A DNA stretch of 64,000 nucleotides from Polyangiaceae bacterium. GTDB lineage: Bacteria > Myxococcota_A > Polyangia > Polyangiales > Polyangiaceae. The DNA is taken from contig JBGANF010000017.1 in NCBI GenBank assembly GCA_044222475.1, positions 1-64,000 on the forward strand, in the 5' to 3' direction. A program made the translations under genes and the position numbers. Of this stretch, positions 19,386 to 29,290 are shown piece by piece (position 1 is the first letter of the stretch; every line of letters begins with the position of its first letter). Under the pieces are notes generated by a model, which saw only the letters and a program-made list of their open reading frames with translations, ran no database searches and was not told the DNA's origin.

Positions 19386-20039
19386 GTGCGCAGCGCCGTC
19401 GCCGTCCTCGTGGTCGCGTTCTCCGGCGTCACCGGCTGCGCGCTCGTGAGCGGCTTGTCCGATCTCGACGTCGGACCGTCCTCGGTCACCGACGCGGCGA
19501 TCGACGTGAAGACCGACGCGGGGTTCGACGCCATCGCGCTCGATGCGCCCGTCGCGCTGGACGCGCGCGATGGCGAAGCGGGCACCGTCGTCGACGCGGC
19601 CAAGGATGCCGACGCCGGCGCTTGTCCGGTGTTGGGCGCCGATCCGGCGGCCGTTCAGTCGACGTGCACGACCGGCAACCCCATCTTCGCCGCCGGGGCG
19701 ATCCCAGCGGGGACGTACGCGCTCACCATGATTCGTGAGTTTCCGCAGACGTGCACCGGCTACGTACCGGTGAGCGCGACCGGGTTGCTCCTCGTCGCGG
19801 TGCAAGGCTCGCTCTACGCCCTCGAAGAGCGCCTGACGATCAACGGCGTCACGACGAGCCGGCACTACACGGCGACGGTGTCCGGCACGACGATGACGGT
19901 CGCCTTGACCTGCGGACCCGCGATCCCGTCGAACCTGTGGCAGCTCAACGTGAGCGCGGGAAGCGGCGGGAAGACGAGCCTCGTCGTCTACAAGACGAGC
20001 CCTCCGACGGACCAACGGTTCTTCTGGACGCAGCAGTGA
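19386..20039 (+). CDS. Lipoprotein, hypothetical
   Basis: Lipobox VTGC; DA-rich linker; beta-rich C-terminal domain. Confidence 0.7.
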   Translation: MRSAVAVLVVAFSGVTGCALVSGLSDLDVGPSSVTDAAIDVKTDAGFDAIALDAPVALDARDGEAGTVVDAAKDADAGACPVLGADPAAVQSTCTTGNPIFAAGAIPAGTYALTMIREFPQTCTGYVPVSATGLLLVAVQGSLYALEERLTINGVTTSRHYTATVSGTTMTVALTCGPAIPSNLWQLNVSAGSGGKTSLVVYKTSPPTDQRFFWTQQ

Positions 20040-20695
20040 AGCGTCTCACCTACGTGAAGATCGCGATGGTGCTCGCCGTCGTCACCATCCTCGTCGTCGC
20101 GCAGCAGACCGGCATCCTCCACCAGTTCGGCGATCCGGGGCGCGTTCGAGAGTCGATGCAGGCGCTCGGCCCTTGGGGCTACGTCGCGTTCATCGCTGCC
20201 TACACGATGCTCCAGCCGTTCGGCGTGCCGGGCACGGTCTTCGTGATCGCGGCATCGCTCATCTGGCCGTGGCCGATCGCGTTTGCGCTGTCGATGACGG
20301 GGACCATGGCAGCGAGCGTCGTCGGTTTCTCGTTCGCGCGGTTCGTCGCTCGCGACTGGATCGCGACCCGCATCCCGAAGCGCTTTCGGAGGTACGACGA
20401 AGCGCTCGAGAAGCGCGGGTTCCTGACGGTGGTCATCCTGCGCTTCATCTTCTGGATGCCCCCGCTCCTCCACGCGTCGCTCGGCATCTCGAAGGTGCGC
20501 TTCTGGGCCCACTTCTGGGGATCCTTCGTCGGATACATCGTCCCGCTGCTTCTCATGGCGTACTTCGGCCAGAAGGTCCTCGATTGGATGAAGAACGCGC
20601 CGGTCGAGGTGTGGGTCGCGCTGCCGATCGTGATCGTCTCTGCGGTCGCGGTGTGGTGGTACCGGGGTCGCGAGAAGGAGAGCGTTCCGGACTAG
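20036..20695 (+). CDS. TVP38/TMEM64 (DedA/VTT) membrane protein
   Basis: GPWGYVAFI..PFGVPG; FARFVARD; LRFIFWMP; GISKVRFW. Confidence 0.85.
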   Translation: MKRLTYVKIAMVLAVVTILVVAQQTGILHQFGDPGRVRESMQALGPWGYVAFIAAYTMLQPFGVPGTVFVIAASLIWPWPIAFALSMTGTMAASVVGFSFARFVARDWIATRIPKRFRRYDEALEKRGFLTVVILRFIFWMPPLLHASLGISKVRFWAHFWGSFVGYIVPLLLMAYFGQKVLDWMKNAPVEVWVALPIVIVSAVAVWWYRGREKESVPD

Positions 20696-20820
20696 CTCAC
20701 CGCGCACATCGCCAGGCACACCGCGAGCGCCGCCCCGACGAGACCGACCACGAAGCCGACGATCCCGAGCTGCTCCGGGACGTGCAACCTACGCCGAGCT
20801 CGCTCGACCAAGTGGCCCAC
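20692..20820 (-). CDS. Putative 42-aa single-TM small protein
   Basis: Own translation from GTG 20820: MGHLVERARRRLHVPEQLGIVGFVVGLVGAALAVCLAMCAVS*; GC3-rich codons; fills the gap between genes. Confidence 0.45.
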   Translation of the reverse strand: MGHLVERARRRLHVPEQLGIVGFVVGLVGAALAVCLAMCAVS

Positions 20821-20847
20821 CCATCAGTGTGACACGCGACGGCGCCG

Positions 20848-21969
20848 TCACCAGGTGAAACGAATCCCGAGGGCCGGCCTCTCCCACATCGAGTCGCTCG
20901 CCCATCGCGCGGCAAAGGCGTCCCGAACGACCCGCTCGGCGAGCTTGCCCCGCGGCGAGAACCCCCACTCGGCTTCCTGCGACACGTCGTCGGGATCGCT
21001 GTAGACGCGCCACACGAAGAAGCCGGCGAAGTTGCGCTCCTCGAGGAGCGGCTTCACGAGGGCGTGGTACGCCAACGCCTGAGCGCCTTCGTCGACTCGG
21101 ACGTGCGTCATGTCGTCGGGCCACTCCCATGGCTTGATCGCCGGGTTGGGTCGCGTCGTGTACCCGATCTCCGTGAAGAGCACCGGCTTCCGCCAGGTCT
21201 CGGCGAGCGTGTGGACCTTCGCGCGTACGCGCTCGCCACCGGCGAGGAGCTCGAGCGTCGTCGCGCCGTCGCGATCCGCGAGCGGGTAGAACGCGTTGAT
21301 CCCGATGAGGTCGAGCGCTCCGAGGATGATCGTGTCCTCCACGTCGTCCCAGTTCGCGGAGTACGTCACCAGGCCGTGGTAGATCGCCCGCACCTCGGCG
21401 ATGAGATCGAGGAACGTCGTCGCCCGTCCGCCGGTGACCCAGCTCCGCAGCTCGACGCCGACGGAGAAGATCTCCGCGTGCTTCTCCTCCGCCACGGTGG
21501 CCCACGTCTTCACGAACTCGCCGTAGCTCGCAGTCCACCGCGCCCAACCCTCGTCGGACTTCGGATCGATCTTGGCGCGCCACTCCTTCGTCTCGACCCA
21601 GAGGTGAGGGACGAGCATCACCTTCAGTCCGCGCGCGTGGGCCATGTCGATCGATCGGGCGATCGCCGCGCGGTTCTCCTCGAACGGAGCCTCGAACGTC
21701 CGATCGACTCCGACCCCTTCGAGGCTCCCGACGCGGCCGAACGGCGTGATCGCGACCCAACCGCCGCCCCACTCCGAGGTCTCGACGAGCGTGCGATCGA
21801 ACGCGTCAGTCCCGTAGCCGCGACCGGGGTGATACCCGTTCTCGATCGGACCGACGGTGACTCCGCGGATCGCGAGCTCCCCCGTCCGAGTCCAGCCGTC
21901 GGCCGAGACGATCGGCCCGGCCAGCGCGAGCGACACGGACATGGAGAGCGCGAGTGCGGCGTGACCCAT
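20848..21969 (-). CDS. Glycoside hydrolase family 113-like, secreted
   Basis: Signal peptide; GLKVMLVPHLW; GVEL; TYSANWD; IGINAFYPL; VLFTEIGY. Confidence 0.8.
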   Translation of the reverse strand: MGHAALALSMSVSLALAGPIVSADGWTRTGELAIRGVTVGPIENGYHPGRGYGTDAFDRTLVETSEWGGGWVAITPFGRVGSLEGVGVDRTFEAPFEENRAAIARSIDMAHARGLKVMLVPHLWVETKEWRAKIDPKSDEGWARWTASYGEFVKTWATVAEEKHAEIFSVGVELRSWVTGGRATTFLDLIAEVRAIYHGLVTYSANWDDVEDTIILGALDLIGINAFYPLADRDGATTLELLAGGERVRAKVHTLAETWRKPVLFTEIGYTTRPNPAIKPWEWPDDMTHVRVDEGAQALAYHALVKPLLEERNFAGFFVWRVYSDPDDVSQEAEWGFSPRGKLAERVVRDAFAARWASDSMWERPALGIRFTW

Positions 21970-22640
21970 CAGTCTTCGTCCATCCCGTCGAGGATGCGGT
22001 CGGTAGCGTAAGCGATTTTCTCGATCGCGACCTCGGCTCCGGCGCCGAGGAGCTCGTCGGCCCCGTACGTGTGCATGACCGCGACGCAGCGCAGCCCAGC
22101 GCGGCGCGCGGACTGCACGCCGGCGATCGAGTCTTCGATGACGACGGCGGGCACGTCGGCGCCTAGCTTGGCGCGCGCGAGGAGGTATCCCTCGGGATCG
22201 GGCTTGCACGCCTTGGTGTCTTCGGCCGAGACGACGAAGCTGACCGCGTTGGTGAGCCCCATCCGGTCGAGCGCGAACTCGATCTCGTGCCGGAGCGCGC
22301 CCGAGACGATGCCGACCGGTGCCTTCGACGCGCGTCGAGCGACGAGCTCGGCCGCGCCGGGGTAGATCACGAGCTCGCGCCTCGCGCGGTCCATGTAGAG
22401 CGGGACCTTGGCCGCGACGAGTCGCGCGATCTCGGCTTCGGTGGGCTCGTGCCCGGCGTCGCGAAGCATGGCCTCGAACGCGCCTCGATCGTCGAAGCCG
22501 AGGTACCGCTCGGCGTACGTCGCGTCGCTCAACGTGATGCCGAGCGGCGCGACGACGTCGCGGAACGCAGCGAGGTGCACCGCCTCGTCGTCGACGAGGA
22601 CACCGTTGAAGTCGAAGAGCGTCGCGATGTGAGGCGGCAT
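21969..22640 (-). CDS. HAD-family phosphatase
   Basis: LFDFNGVLVD; IVSGA; KPDPEGY; IEDSIAG. Confidence 0.9.
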   Translation of the reverse strand: MPPHIATLFDFNGVLVDDEAVHLAAFRDVVAPLGITLSDATYAERYLGFDDRGAFEAMLRDAGHEPTEAEIARLVAAKVPLYMDRARRELVIYPGAAELVARRASKAPVGIVSGALRHEIEFALDRMGLTNAVSFVVSAEDTKACKPDPEGYLLARAKLGADVPAVVIEDSIAGVQSARRAGLRCVAVMHTYGADELLGAGAEVAIEKIAYATDRILDGMDED

Positions 22641-22641
22641 G

Positions 22642-23802
22642 TCAGAAGTCGAAGGCGAGACCGACGTTCGCGCCGATGCGGGCCCAAAGCCCAGTCGCGA
22701 GTGCGCCTCCGTAGCCCGAGTGGAGGTTCAAGGTCAAAGGCTCGACGAGGACGCGAAAGGACCCGAGCTGGAACGACGCATCGAGCGCAGCGAAGAAGTC
22801 GCCGCGGAGCCCGGTCGCGGTGTTGCAGTCGGGCACGAAGTAGTCGCCGCCGAGCGCGGCCGGAGAGGCGTAGCCGGAGATTCCGAAGCCGGCGCGCGCG
22901 CCGAGATCGACGGTACGACCGATGCGCACCGCGCCGAAGAGGAACGGATGCGCGAGAAGCTCCACCGCGCTGTAGTCCTGCGGGAGGTTGCAGCCGGCCG
23001 CGGTGTTCGGCGTTCCGGGGCTCGCCGACCATCGATCGACGGCGAACGCGAAGCGGAGCCCGGCTCCGAGGAGCGCGCGTCTCCCGGCCACGAAGGTGAA
23101 GGTGAGCCCGATCGCCGGGCTGAGGAAGACGCTCGCGGGCGCGTCTCCGCGAATGCCGGCGCTGATGCCGATGGGCAGCACCTCGATCCCGAAGCGCTTC
23201 AGCGGTCGCCGAGGCGGTGGGGGCGGTGGGGGCGGCGAAGACGAGCCGATCTCGGCGCCGAGCGCGATCGGCAACCCGTACTCGGCGGTGATCGTTCGAT
23301 CGAAGGTACCGCCGCTCGGATCTTCGAGGTGGACGGTGTGCTGCCCCGGCGCGACCGTGGTCGTGAGTGGCGTCGTCCCGACGAGCTGATCGTCGACCTT
23401 CACCGATGCTCGGCCCGGAGCCGAAGCGATGCTGAGCTGCGAGGGTCTGCGCTTGATGTCCGCGAGGAGCTTCTCCGCCTCGCGCCGATCCTCCGCCGGG
23501 ACATCGTCGCGCGAAAGGTAGCCTTCGAGGATGCCGACGGCGGAGCGCGCGTCTCCGAGCTGGAGCTCGCACTTGGCCATGTTCCAGAGCTCGCTCGGCG
23601 GGCCGCCGTTCTCGTAGGCCTCGCGGAAGTAGAGCTTCGCCTCGGAGTAGTGGCCTTCTGCGTAGGCGCGTACTCCGAGTTGATCGAAGTATCGCGCGGC
23701 CTCGAGGCGATCGCCGGCCTGCGCGCGCCCGCTCACGAGCGCGACGACCACGATCGCGAGAGCCAAGAGCGAGCGCCGCACGGCGATCAAAGTAGCGTCC
23801 AC
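22642..23802 (-). CDS. TPR + PEGA domain secreted protein
   Basis: Signal peptide; TPR-like helices; PEGA (ASVKVDDQLVGTTPL..VAPGQHTV); beta-strand-rich C-terminus ending in F. Confidence 0.8.
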   Translation of the reverse strand: MDATLIAVRRSLLALAIVVVALVSGRAQAGDRLEAARYFDQLGVRAYAEGHYSEAKLYFREAYENGGPPSELWNMAKCELQLGDARSAVGILEGYLSRDDVPAEDRREAEKLLADIKRRPSQLSIASAPGRASVKVDDQLVGTTPLTTTVAPGQHTVHLEDPSGGTFDRTITAEYGLPIALGAEIGSSSPPPPPPPPRRPLKRFGIEVLPIGISAGIRGDAPASVFLSPAIGLTFTFVAGRRALLGAGLRFAFAVDRWSASPGTPNTAAGCNLPQDYSAVELLAHPFLFGAVRIGRTVDLGARAGFGISGYASPAALGGDYFVPDCNTATGLRGDFFAALDASFQLGSFRVLVEPLTLNLHSGYGGALATGLWARIGANVGLAFDF

Positions 23803-23803
23803 C

Positions 23804-24979
23804 TCAGCCGGACACGAGTACGATCTTCGTGACCTCGGGCGGCGCGCCGACTCGGGTAGGTGGACCGGCGACTCCGAACCCGCGGTTCACCCAGAGGGTC
23901 GTGCCGTCGACGTCGTAGCGGCCGGACACGTAGCGAAACACCGCATCCGCCGGGCGCAGACCGCCACCGGGTGCGTTGACCTGGCCTCCGTGCGTGTGCC
24001 CACTCAACTGAAGCGCGACTTGCCCGGCCCACAGCTCGACGGTCTTCGGCTGGTGCGACAGCAGGATCCGCGGCAAGTCGCGCGGCACCATGCGGAGCGC
24101 GGTCGCCAAGCTCGGACCGGGTCCACCGGCGCTGCCTCCCCACGCGTCGTCGACTCCGAGCAGCGCGAACCCTCCGCCGTCGGCGGCGCGGATCACGGTG
24201 CCTCGATTGACCATCACGCTCGCGCCGATGCCTTCGACGGCCTCCTGAATCTTGGTCGCACCGGTGTAGTAGTCGTGGTTGCCCAAGATCGTCACGATGC
24301 CGTCGCGCGCGGTGAGCGACTGCAACGCGCGAGCCCAGATCGGGAGGAACGCGGGATCGAAGTCGATCATGTCCCCGGTGACGACGATGAGGTCGGGCTT
24401 CACTCGGCGCACGAGCTCGAGGCCTTCGTCGAGCTCGCGCTCCTGAACGAACGCACCGACGTGAATGTCGGAGATCTGGACGATGGTGTAGCCGTCGAGC
24501 ACCTTCGGCAGACCGACGATCTTGGGCGCGATCTCCTCCATCTCGAAGGCGTGACGACCACGAACCGCGCCCCAGCCGAACGCGCTCCCGGTCGCGCCGA
24601 GGGCCACCGCGCCGCCCATTCGCTCGAGCGCTTGACGGCGCGAGAGCGCCTCGGGTTCCGCGGCCCCGCTGGCCTTCGCTCGACGCTCGCGGAGCCGACC
24701 CGCGAACCGAGTGAGGATGAGCAGCGGCGCTGCGACCATCACGACCAGCACCTCGATCATCGCCGCGGCGTATGGCGCGCTCGTCCACCCGCCTCGGAAC
24801 CGATGCGCGACGAATCGCGCCGCCGGTGCCAACACCACGAGCACCGCCAGGAAGGCGATCAGCTTGCGCTTGTGCGGACGCACCGACGGCAACGCGTCCA
24901 TCGCCCACTGGTAGACCATCGAGTGGAACAACGCCGAGAGCGCGCTGACTGCGAGGGCGAAGACGAGGACGCGGAGCAA
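23804..24979 (-). CDS. Membrane-associated metallophosphoesterase (YkuE/YaeI-like)
   Basis: SDIHVG; TGDMID; GNHDY; LLSHQP; SGHTHGGQ. Confidence 0.92.
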   Translation of the reverse strand: MLRVLVFALAVSALSALFHSMVYQWAMDALPSVRPHKRKLIAFLAVLVVLAPAARFVAHRFRGGWTSAPYAAAMIEVLVVMVAAPLLILTRFAGRLRERRAKASGAAEPEALSRRQALERMGGAVALGATGSAFGWGAVRGRHAFEMEEIAPKIVGLPKVLDGYTIVQISDIHVGAFVQERELDEGLELVRRVKPDLIVVTGDMIDFDPAFLPIWARALQSLTARDGIVTILGNHDYYTGATKIQEAVEGIGASVMVNRGTVIRAADGGGFALLGVDDAWGGSAGGPGPSLATALRMVPRDLPRILLSHQPKTVELWAGQVALQLSGHTHGGQVNAPGGGLRPADAVFRYVSGRYDVDGTTLWVNRGFGVAGPPTRVGAPPEVTKIVLVSG

Positions 24980-24988
24980 AGGAGCTGG

Positions 24989-26116
24989 TCAGTTTCCTTC
25001 GACGGCGCCGATGTCGGCGCTCGATCCGCGCGGCACGGCCCAGTAGTCCTTCGCAGGAGCCTTCGCGACGTCGGCTGCGCCGCGCGCCGGGGAGCCTTGC
25101 TTGAGCTCGGGCGGTGTTCCGGTATCGAGCAGCGGGTCGGCTTTGACGTACCCCGCGCCATCGACCGCGGTACCGGCGTAGTTGGCGGCGTTGCCGAACA
25201 GGAGGTTGTTGGAGTGCGTGACCGTGTGACCGCCGGTGAGCGTGATCCCGGCGATGGTCAGCCCGCTGAAGATCGAGTTCAGGTACGTCAGCGTGATCGT
25301 GCCCGTGGAGGCGGAGTAGAGTCCCCGCCCCGACGCCGTGAACGTGTCGTTCAGGAAGATCGCGGTCAGGTTCGAGTTCGTGACCGCGTTGACGAACGCG
25401 CCGTTCGTCGCGCCGTGGAACCAGGTGTTCTGCGCGGTCACCGTCAGTGGTTGCGACGTCGTGGTGCGGTAGACGTACAGGCCGTAGCTCTGCGCGGTCG
25501 CGCCGAGGTCGCAGCCATCGATCAGGACTGCGCCTACTTGAGCGGTCGAGGCTTGGAACGTGTCGGCGTGAATTCCGATCGCATCGACGGGCGACGGGCC
25601 GTTGATGGTCACCGTTCCGACGCCGAAGGCTTTCAACGTGACCTTGCTGTACGAGCCGGTGACCGAGAGGGAGTTGATCTTCGTGCCCGACGTGCCGATG
25701 ATCGTGAGCAGCTTGTTCGGGCTCGCCGCCGCCGTCACGGCCTCGGAGTACGTTTGCCCGGAGAGGCAGATCGTCGCGTCCATCTGCGCGGTGGCGAGCG
25801 CGGTCACCGCGCCTTGGATCGTCGCGTAGTCGCCGGGGACCTTCGAGCCGGTGCAAGCCGTCACGCAAGCATTGTTCTGGCACTGCTGATCGGCGCGGCA
25901 GAAGATCGAGCCGCAGAGGATCTTCGTCTGTGGAGGCGCGACGACGTCGCCCCCACCGTCGGTCGGCGCGCCGTCGGTGACGCCACCGTCCTTCGAGCCG
26001 TCCGGCTTGCCGCTTCCGTCCGTCGGGATGTCGGCGTCGCTGACGAACGACGTCGTCGGTGCTGCGCAAGCACCGAGGAGCGTCAAAGCAGCCAAGCCAG
26101 CGACGAAGCGAGTCAT
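24989..26116 (-). CDS. Lipoprotein with right-handed beta-helix-like domain
   Basis: Lipobox LGAC; VPGDYATIQGAV; C-terminal DPLL..LKQGSPARGAA..DIGAVE. Confidence 0.75.
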   Translation of the reverse strand: MTRFVAGLAALTLLGACAAPTTSFVSDADIPTDGSGKPDGSKDGGVTDGAPTDGGGDVVAPPQTKILCGSIFCRADQQCQNNACVTACTGSKVPGDYATIQGAVTALATAQMDATICLSGQTYSEAVTAAASPNKLLTIIGTSGTKINSLSVTGSYSKVTLKAFGVGTVTINGPSPVDAIGIHADTFQASTAQVGAVLIDGCDLGATAQSYGLYVYRTTTSQPLTVTAQNTWFHGATNGAFVNAVTNSNLTAIFLNDTFTASGRGLYSASTGTITLTYLNSIFSGLTIAGITLTGGHTVTHSNNLLFGNAANYAGTAVDGAGYVKADPLLDTGTPPELKQGSPARGAADVAKAPAKDYWAVPRGSSADIGAVEGN

Positions 26117-26142
26117 GAAGCGACCTCTGACGATAGCACGCC

Positions 26143-27021
26143 TCAACGGGGTCGAACCGCGGACACCACCCGCTCGATCTTGGCGTAGTCGCGTGTGCGC
26201 TGGATGTCGCCAAAGCCGGTTTCTGCCAGCAATTTCGAGACCGCGTCCGCCTGGTCTGCCCCCACCTCGACCGCGATGAGGCCCCCCGGACCGAGCCGGC
26301 CGAAGGAACCTTCCGCGATGCGGCGGTAGAACTCGAGCCCGTCGTCTCCGCCGTCGAGCGCCATGCGCGGCTCGAAGTCGACGATGTCGGGCGTGAGCGC
26401 GGGCACGTCGGCGGTGGCGATGTAGGGCGGGTTCGCGGTGATCACATCGAACCGGTCTTCGATGCCGGCGTAGAGGTCACCGACGTGAAACGCGACGTTG
26501 TAGGCGCCCAAGCGGAGCGCGTTCTCGCGTGCGAGCGCGATCGCCCCCTCGGACAGGTCCGTCGCGACGACGTGGGTCGTCGGTCGCTCGCGCGCGAGGG
26601 TGATCGCGACGCAGCCGCTACCCGTGCAGAGGTCGAGCACTCGCGCCGAGAGGGAGAGATGCGCGCTGCGGGCGAGAGCGACCTCGACCAACGTCTCCGT
26701 GTCGGGCCGTGGGACGAGGACGCGGGCATCGACGCGGAAGCTCCGGCCGTAGAACTCGCGTGTCCCACAAAGGTACGCGACGGGCTCGCGCTTGCGCCGG
26801 CGCTTCACGAGCTCGCGAAAGCGCGCGAGCTCGTCCGGGTCGAGCTCGCGCATCAGCTCGATGACGAGCTTCGTCCGCGAAGCGCCGAGGGCGTGAGCGA
26901 GCAACACCTCCGCGTCGAGCCTGGGGTTCTCGATCCCCTTCGCGCGGAAATCCTCGGTCGCCCAGCGGAGCACGCTGGCGATCGTCCACGGTTCGGTCCG
27001 GGTGTCGCCGCTCGCCGTCAT
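26143..27021 (-). CDS. prmC: Release factor glutamine methyltransferase
   Basis: PRLDAEVLLAH; EPVAY; VLVPRPDTE; LDLCTGSGC; ANPPYI. Confidence 0.95.
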   Translation of the reverse strand: MTASGDTRTEPWTIASVLRWATEDFRAKGIENPRLDAEVLLAHALGASRTKLVIELMRELDPDELARFRELVKRRRKREPVAYLCGTREFYGRSFRVDARVLVPRPDTETLVEVALARSAHLSLSARVLDLCTGSGCVAITLARERPTTHVVATDLSEGAIALARENALRLGAYNVAFHVGDLYAGIEDRFDVITANPPYIATADVPALTPDIVDFEPRMALDGGDDGLEFYRRIAEGSFGRLGPGGLIAVEVGADQADAVSKLLAETGFGDIQRTRDYAKIERVVSAVRPR

Positions 27022-28409
27022 GGCCGGAGCTTGCCGAGCTCCTCGCGCACCGCGGCTTCGACCGCGCGTCGGTTCTCGGCGAGGGCGGCCTCGGTCCCGG
27101 CCTCGAAGCGGAGGACGAGCACCGGGCCGGTGTTCGATGCACGGACGAGGCCCCACGCCGGCGCGCCGTCGGTGGCAGGGAACGTGATCCGCGCGCCGTC
27201 GATCTCGACGACCGGGTGGCCCTGGCTCTTGAATCGCGCGGTGATCGCGGCAACGAGCGGGAACTTCACGTCATCGGGGCAGTCGACGCGCAGCTCGGGG
27301 GTGGTGAACGTCTTGGGGACGTCGGCCAGCATCTCGCGAATTGGGCGACCGTCCTTCGCGAGCAGCTCGATGAGGCGCAGCGACGCGTAGATGGCGTCGT
27401 CGAAACCGAACCAGCGATCGGCGAAGAACAGGTGTCCGCTCATCTCGCCGGCGAGGAGGGCCTTCTCCTCCTTCATCTTCGTCTTGATGAGCGAGTGCCC
27501 GGTCTTCCACATGATCGGTCGCCCGCCGTGGCGGATGATGTCGTCGTAGAGGGTCTGCGAACACTTGACCTCGCCGAGGATCGTCGCGCCCGGCTTCTCG
27601 GCGAGGAGCGCGCGGGAGAAGAGGATCATCAATCGATCGCCCCAGATGATGTCGCCCGTCTCGTCGACCGCGCCCAGGCGGTCGGCGTCGCCGTCGTAGG
27701 CGATGCCGACTCGAGCGCCGCTCTTCTTCACGCGATCGACGAGGACGTCGACGTTCTTCGCGACGGTCGGATCGGGGTGGTGGTTCGGGAAGCGCCCATC
27801 CATGTCGCAGAAGAGCGCTTCGGGCGTGATGCCGATGCGCTCGAAGGCGCGAAGCGCGAGCGGTCCGCCCGCGCCGTTGCCCGCATCGACGACCACCTTC
27901 ATCGGCTTCGTCGGTGCGGCGATGTTGGACGTGAGCGCATCGACGTAGGCGTCGGCGACGCTCACCGTCTCGATCGACCCTCCGCCGACGGCCTTCGCTT
28001 TGCCCGATTGGACGAGGGCGAGCAGATCTTGGATGTCCTTGCCGAAGAAGCTCGCCTTCCCCCGCATCGTCTTGAAGCCGTTGTCTTCGGCGGGGTTGTG
28101 GCTTCCGGTGATCATGATGCCGCCGTCGGTGTCGAGGTGGTGGACGGCGAAGTAGAGCTGCGGGGTGGGCCCGACGCCGATGTCGACCACGTTCACGCCG
28201 GCCTCGACGAGGCCGCGGGTGAGCGCAGAGAACAACCGCTCGCTCGACAACCGGCAGTCGCGACCGAGAGCGATGCGCGTGCGATCACCGGCGGCGAGCG
28301 TGTGCCCGATCGCGCGTCCGAGCGCGGTGACGAAGTCGGTCTGCAGATCGCGGTCTGCGACGCCGCGGATGTCGTACTCGCGGAAGACGTGGGACGGAAT
28401 CGTGAGCAT
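27018..28409 (-). CDS. Phosphomannomutase/phosphoglucomutase
   Basis: FREYDIRG; TGSHNP; DGDADR; GEMSGH; VRASNT. Confidence 0.95.
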   Translation of the reverse strand: MLTIPSHVFREYDIRGVADRDLQTDFVTALGRAIGHTLAAGDRTRIALGRDCRLSSERLFSALTRGLVEAGVNVVDIGVGPTPQLYFAVHHLDTDGGIMITGSHNPAEDNGFKTMRGKASFFGKDIQDLLALVQSGKAKAVGGGSIETVSVADAYVDALTSNIAAPTKPMKVVVDAGNGAGGPLALRAFERIGITPEALFCDMDGRFPNHHPDPTVAKNVDVLVDRVKKSGARVGIAYDGDADRLGAVDETGDIIWGDRLMILFSRALLAEKPGATILGEVKCSQTLYDDIIRHGGRPIMWKTGHSLIKTKMKEEKALLAGEMSGHLFFADRWFGFDDAIYASLRLIELLAKDGRPIREMLADVPKTFTTPELRVDCPDDVKFPLVAAITARFKSQGHPVVEIDGARITFPATDGAPAWGLVRASNTGPVLVLRFEAGTEAALAENRRAVEAAVREELGKLRP

Positions 28410-29266
28410 CAGGGTTTCAGGCAGCGCGCGTAGCGGATCTTCTTCATCGTAGCCTTGGTGGTGCCGAAGCCTTCGTGGCCGACGCCACAGGACAGCCCAA
28501 TCTTGGACGCGGCGACGGGGCTCAGGTTGATCGATCCGCTCCCCGCGGCCGATGTGAGGGAGACGGACGCCTTCGTCGTCGCGCGACGGTCGAGGCGGAT
28601 GACGATGTCCATCGGGACGCCGAGCGTCGAAGGGTATCCGGTGAGCGCGGCCGTCGATCCGCCGGCGCGGTTTCCGTTGGCGAAGGTGAACGCGGAGCCG
28701 GTCGACCCGTTGGTTGCGATCTCGGTGCGCGAGATGAACGTGAAACCACCGTCTGGCGCCGTGTCCGTCAGATCGAGGAGACAGCCGACGGACTGCCATC
28801 CGCCGTCGGGGGTGGTCACCGCGTCGACGGTGAGCTCGAACGTGGTGATGGCCTCGACGACGTTGGTGAGCTTCGCCGAGAACGCTTCGTGGCCCCGATA
28901 GGAGAACGCGATGCCGAAGGGGGGAGGCGCGGAGACGGTGACGGCAGCCTTGAAGACGCCGCCGGAGTAGCTGAGCCCGTTGGCGACGGCCTGATCGCAG
29001 CTCGGGCTCGTGACCCAGCAGAGGTCGACGTTCGACGAGGCGTTCATCGGGTCCTCGAAGGTCTCGAGGGTCTCGCCGGCTTGGCACGTGAGGAGCGGGG
29101 GCGCCGCGTCGGCGTTCGCGTCCGGCTTGACGTCCACGTCACCGCCGGAATCGGCCGGTCCGGCATCGGGCGTCGGCGTGACGGGGGTGTCACCCACGCA
29201 TGCGAGGAGCGCGAACGCCCCCGCGAGTGACGCGACCGCAGCCAACGCGAGGAGCCGGCGATTCAT
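28409..29266 (-). CDS. Lipoprotein, hypothetical
   Basis: Lipobox LLAC; PDAG linker; beta-rich domain. Confidence 0.7.
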   Translation of the reverse strand: MNRRLLALAAVASLAGAFALLACVGDTPVTPTPDAGPADSGGDVDVKPDANADAAPPLLTCQAGETLETFEDPMNASSNVDLCWVTSPSCDQAVANGLSYSGGVFKAAVTVSAPPPFGIAFSYRGHEAFSAKLTNVVEAITTFELTVDAVTTPDGGWQSVGCLLDLTDTAPDGGFTFISRTEIATNGSTGSAFTFANGNRAGGSTAALTGYPSTLGVPMDIVIRLDRRATTKASVSLTSAAGSGSINLSPVAASKIGLSCGVGHEGFGTTKATMKKIRYARCLKP

Positions 29267-29290
29267 GGACGACAACATGCCACGAAAGCG

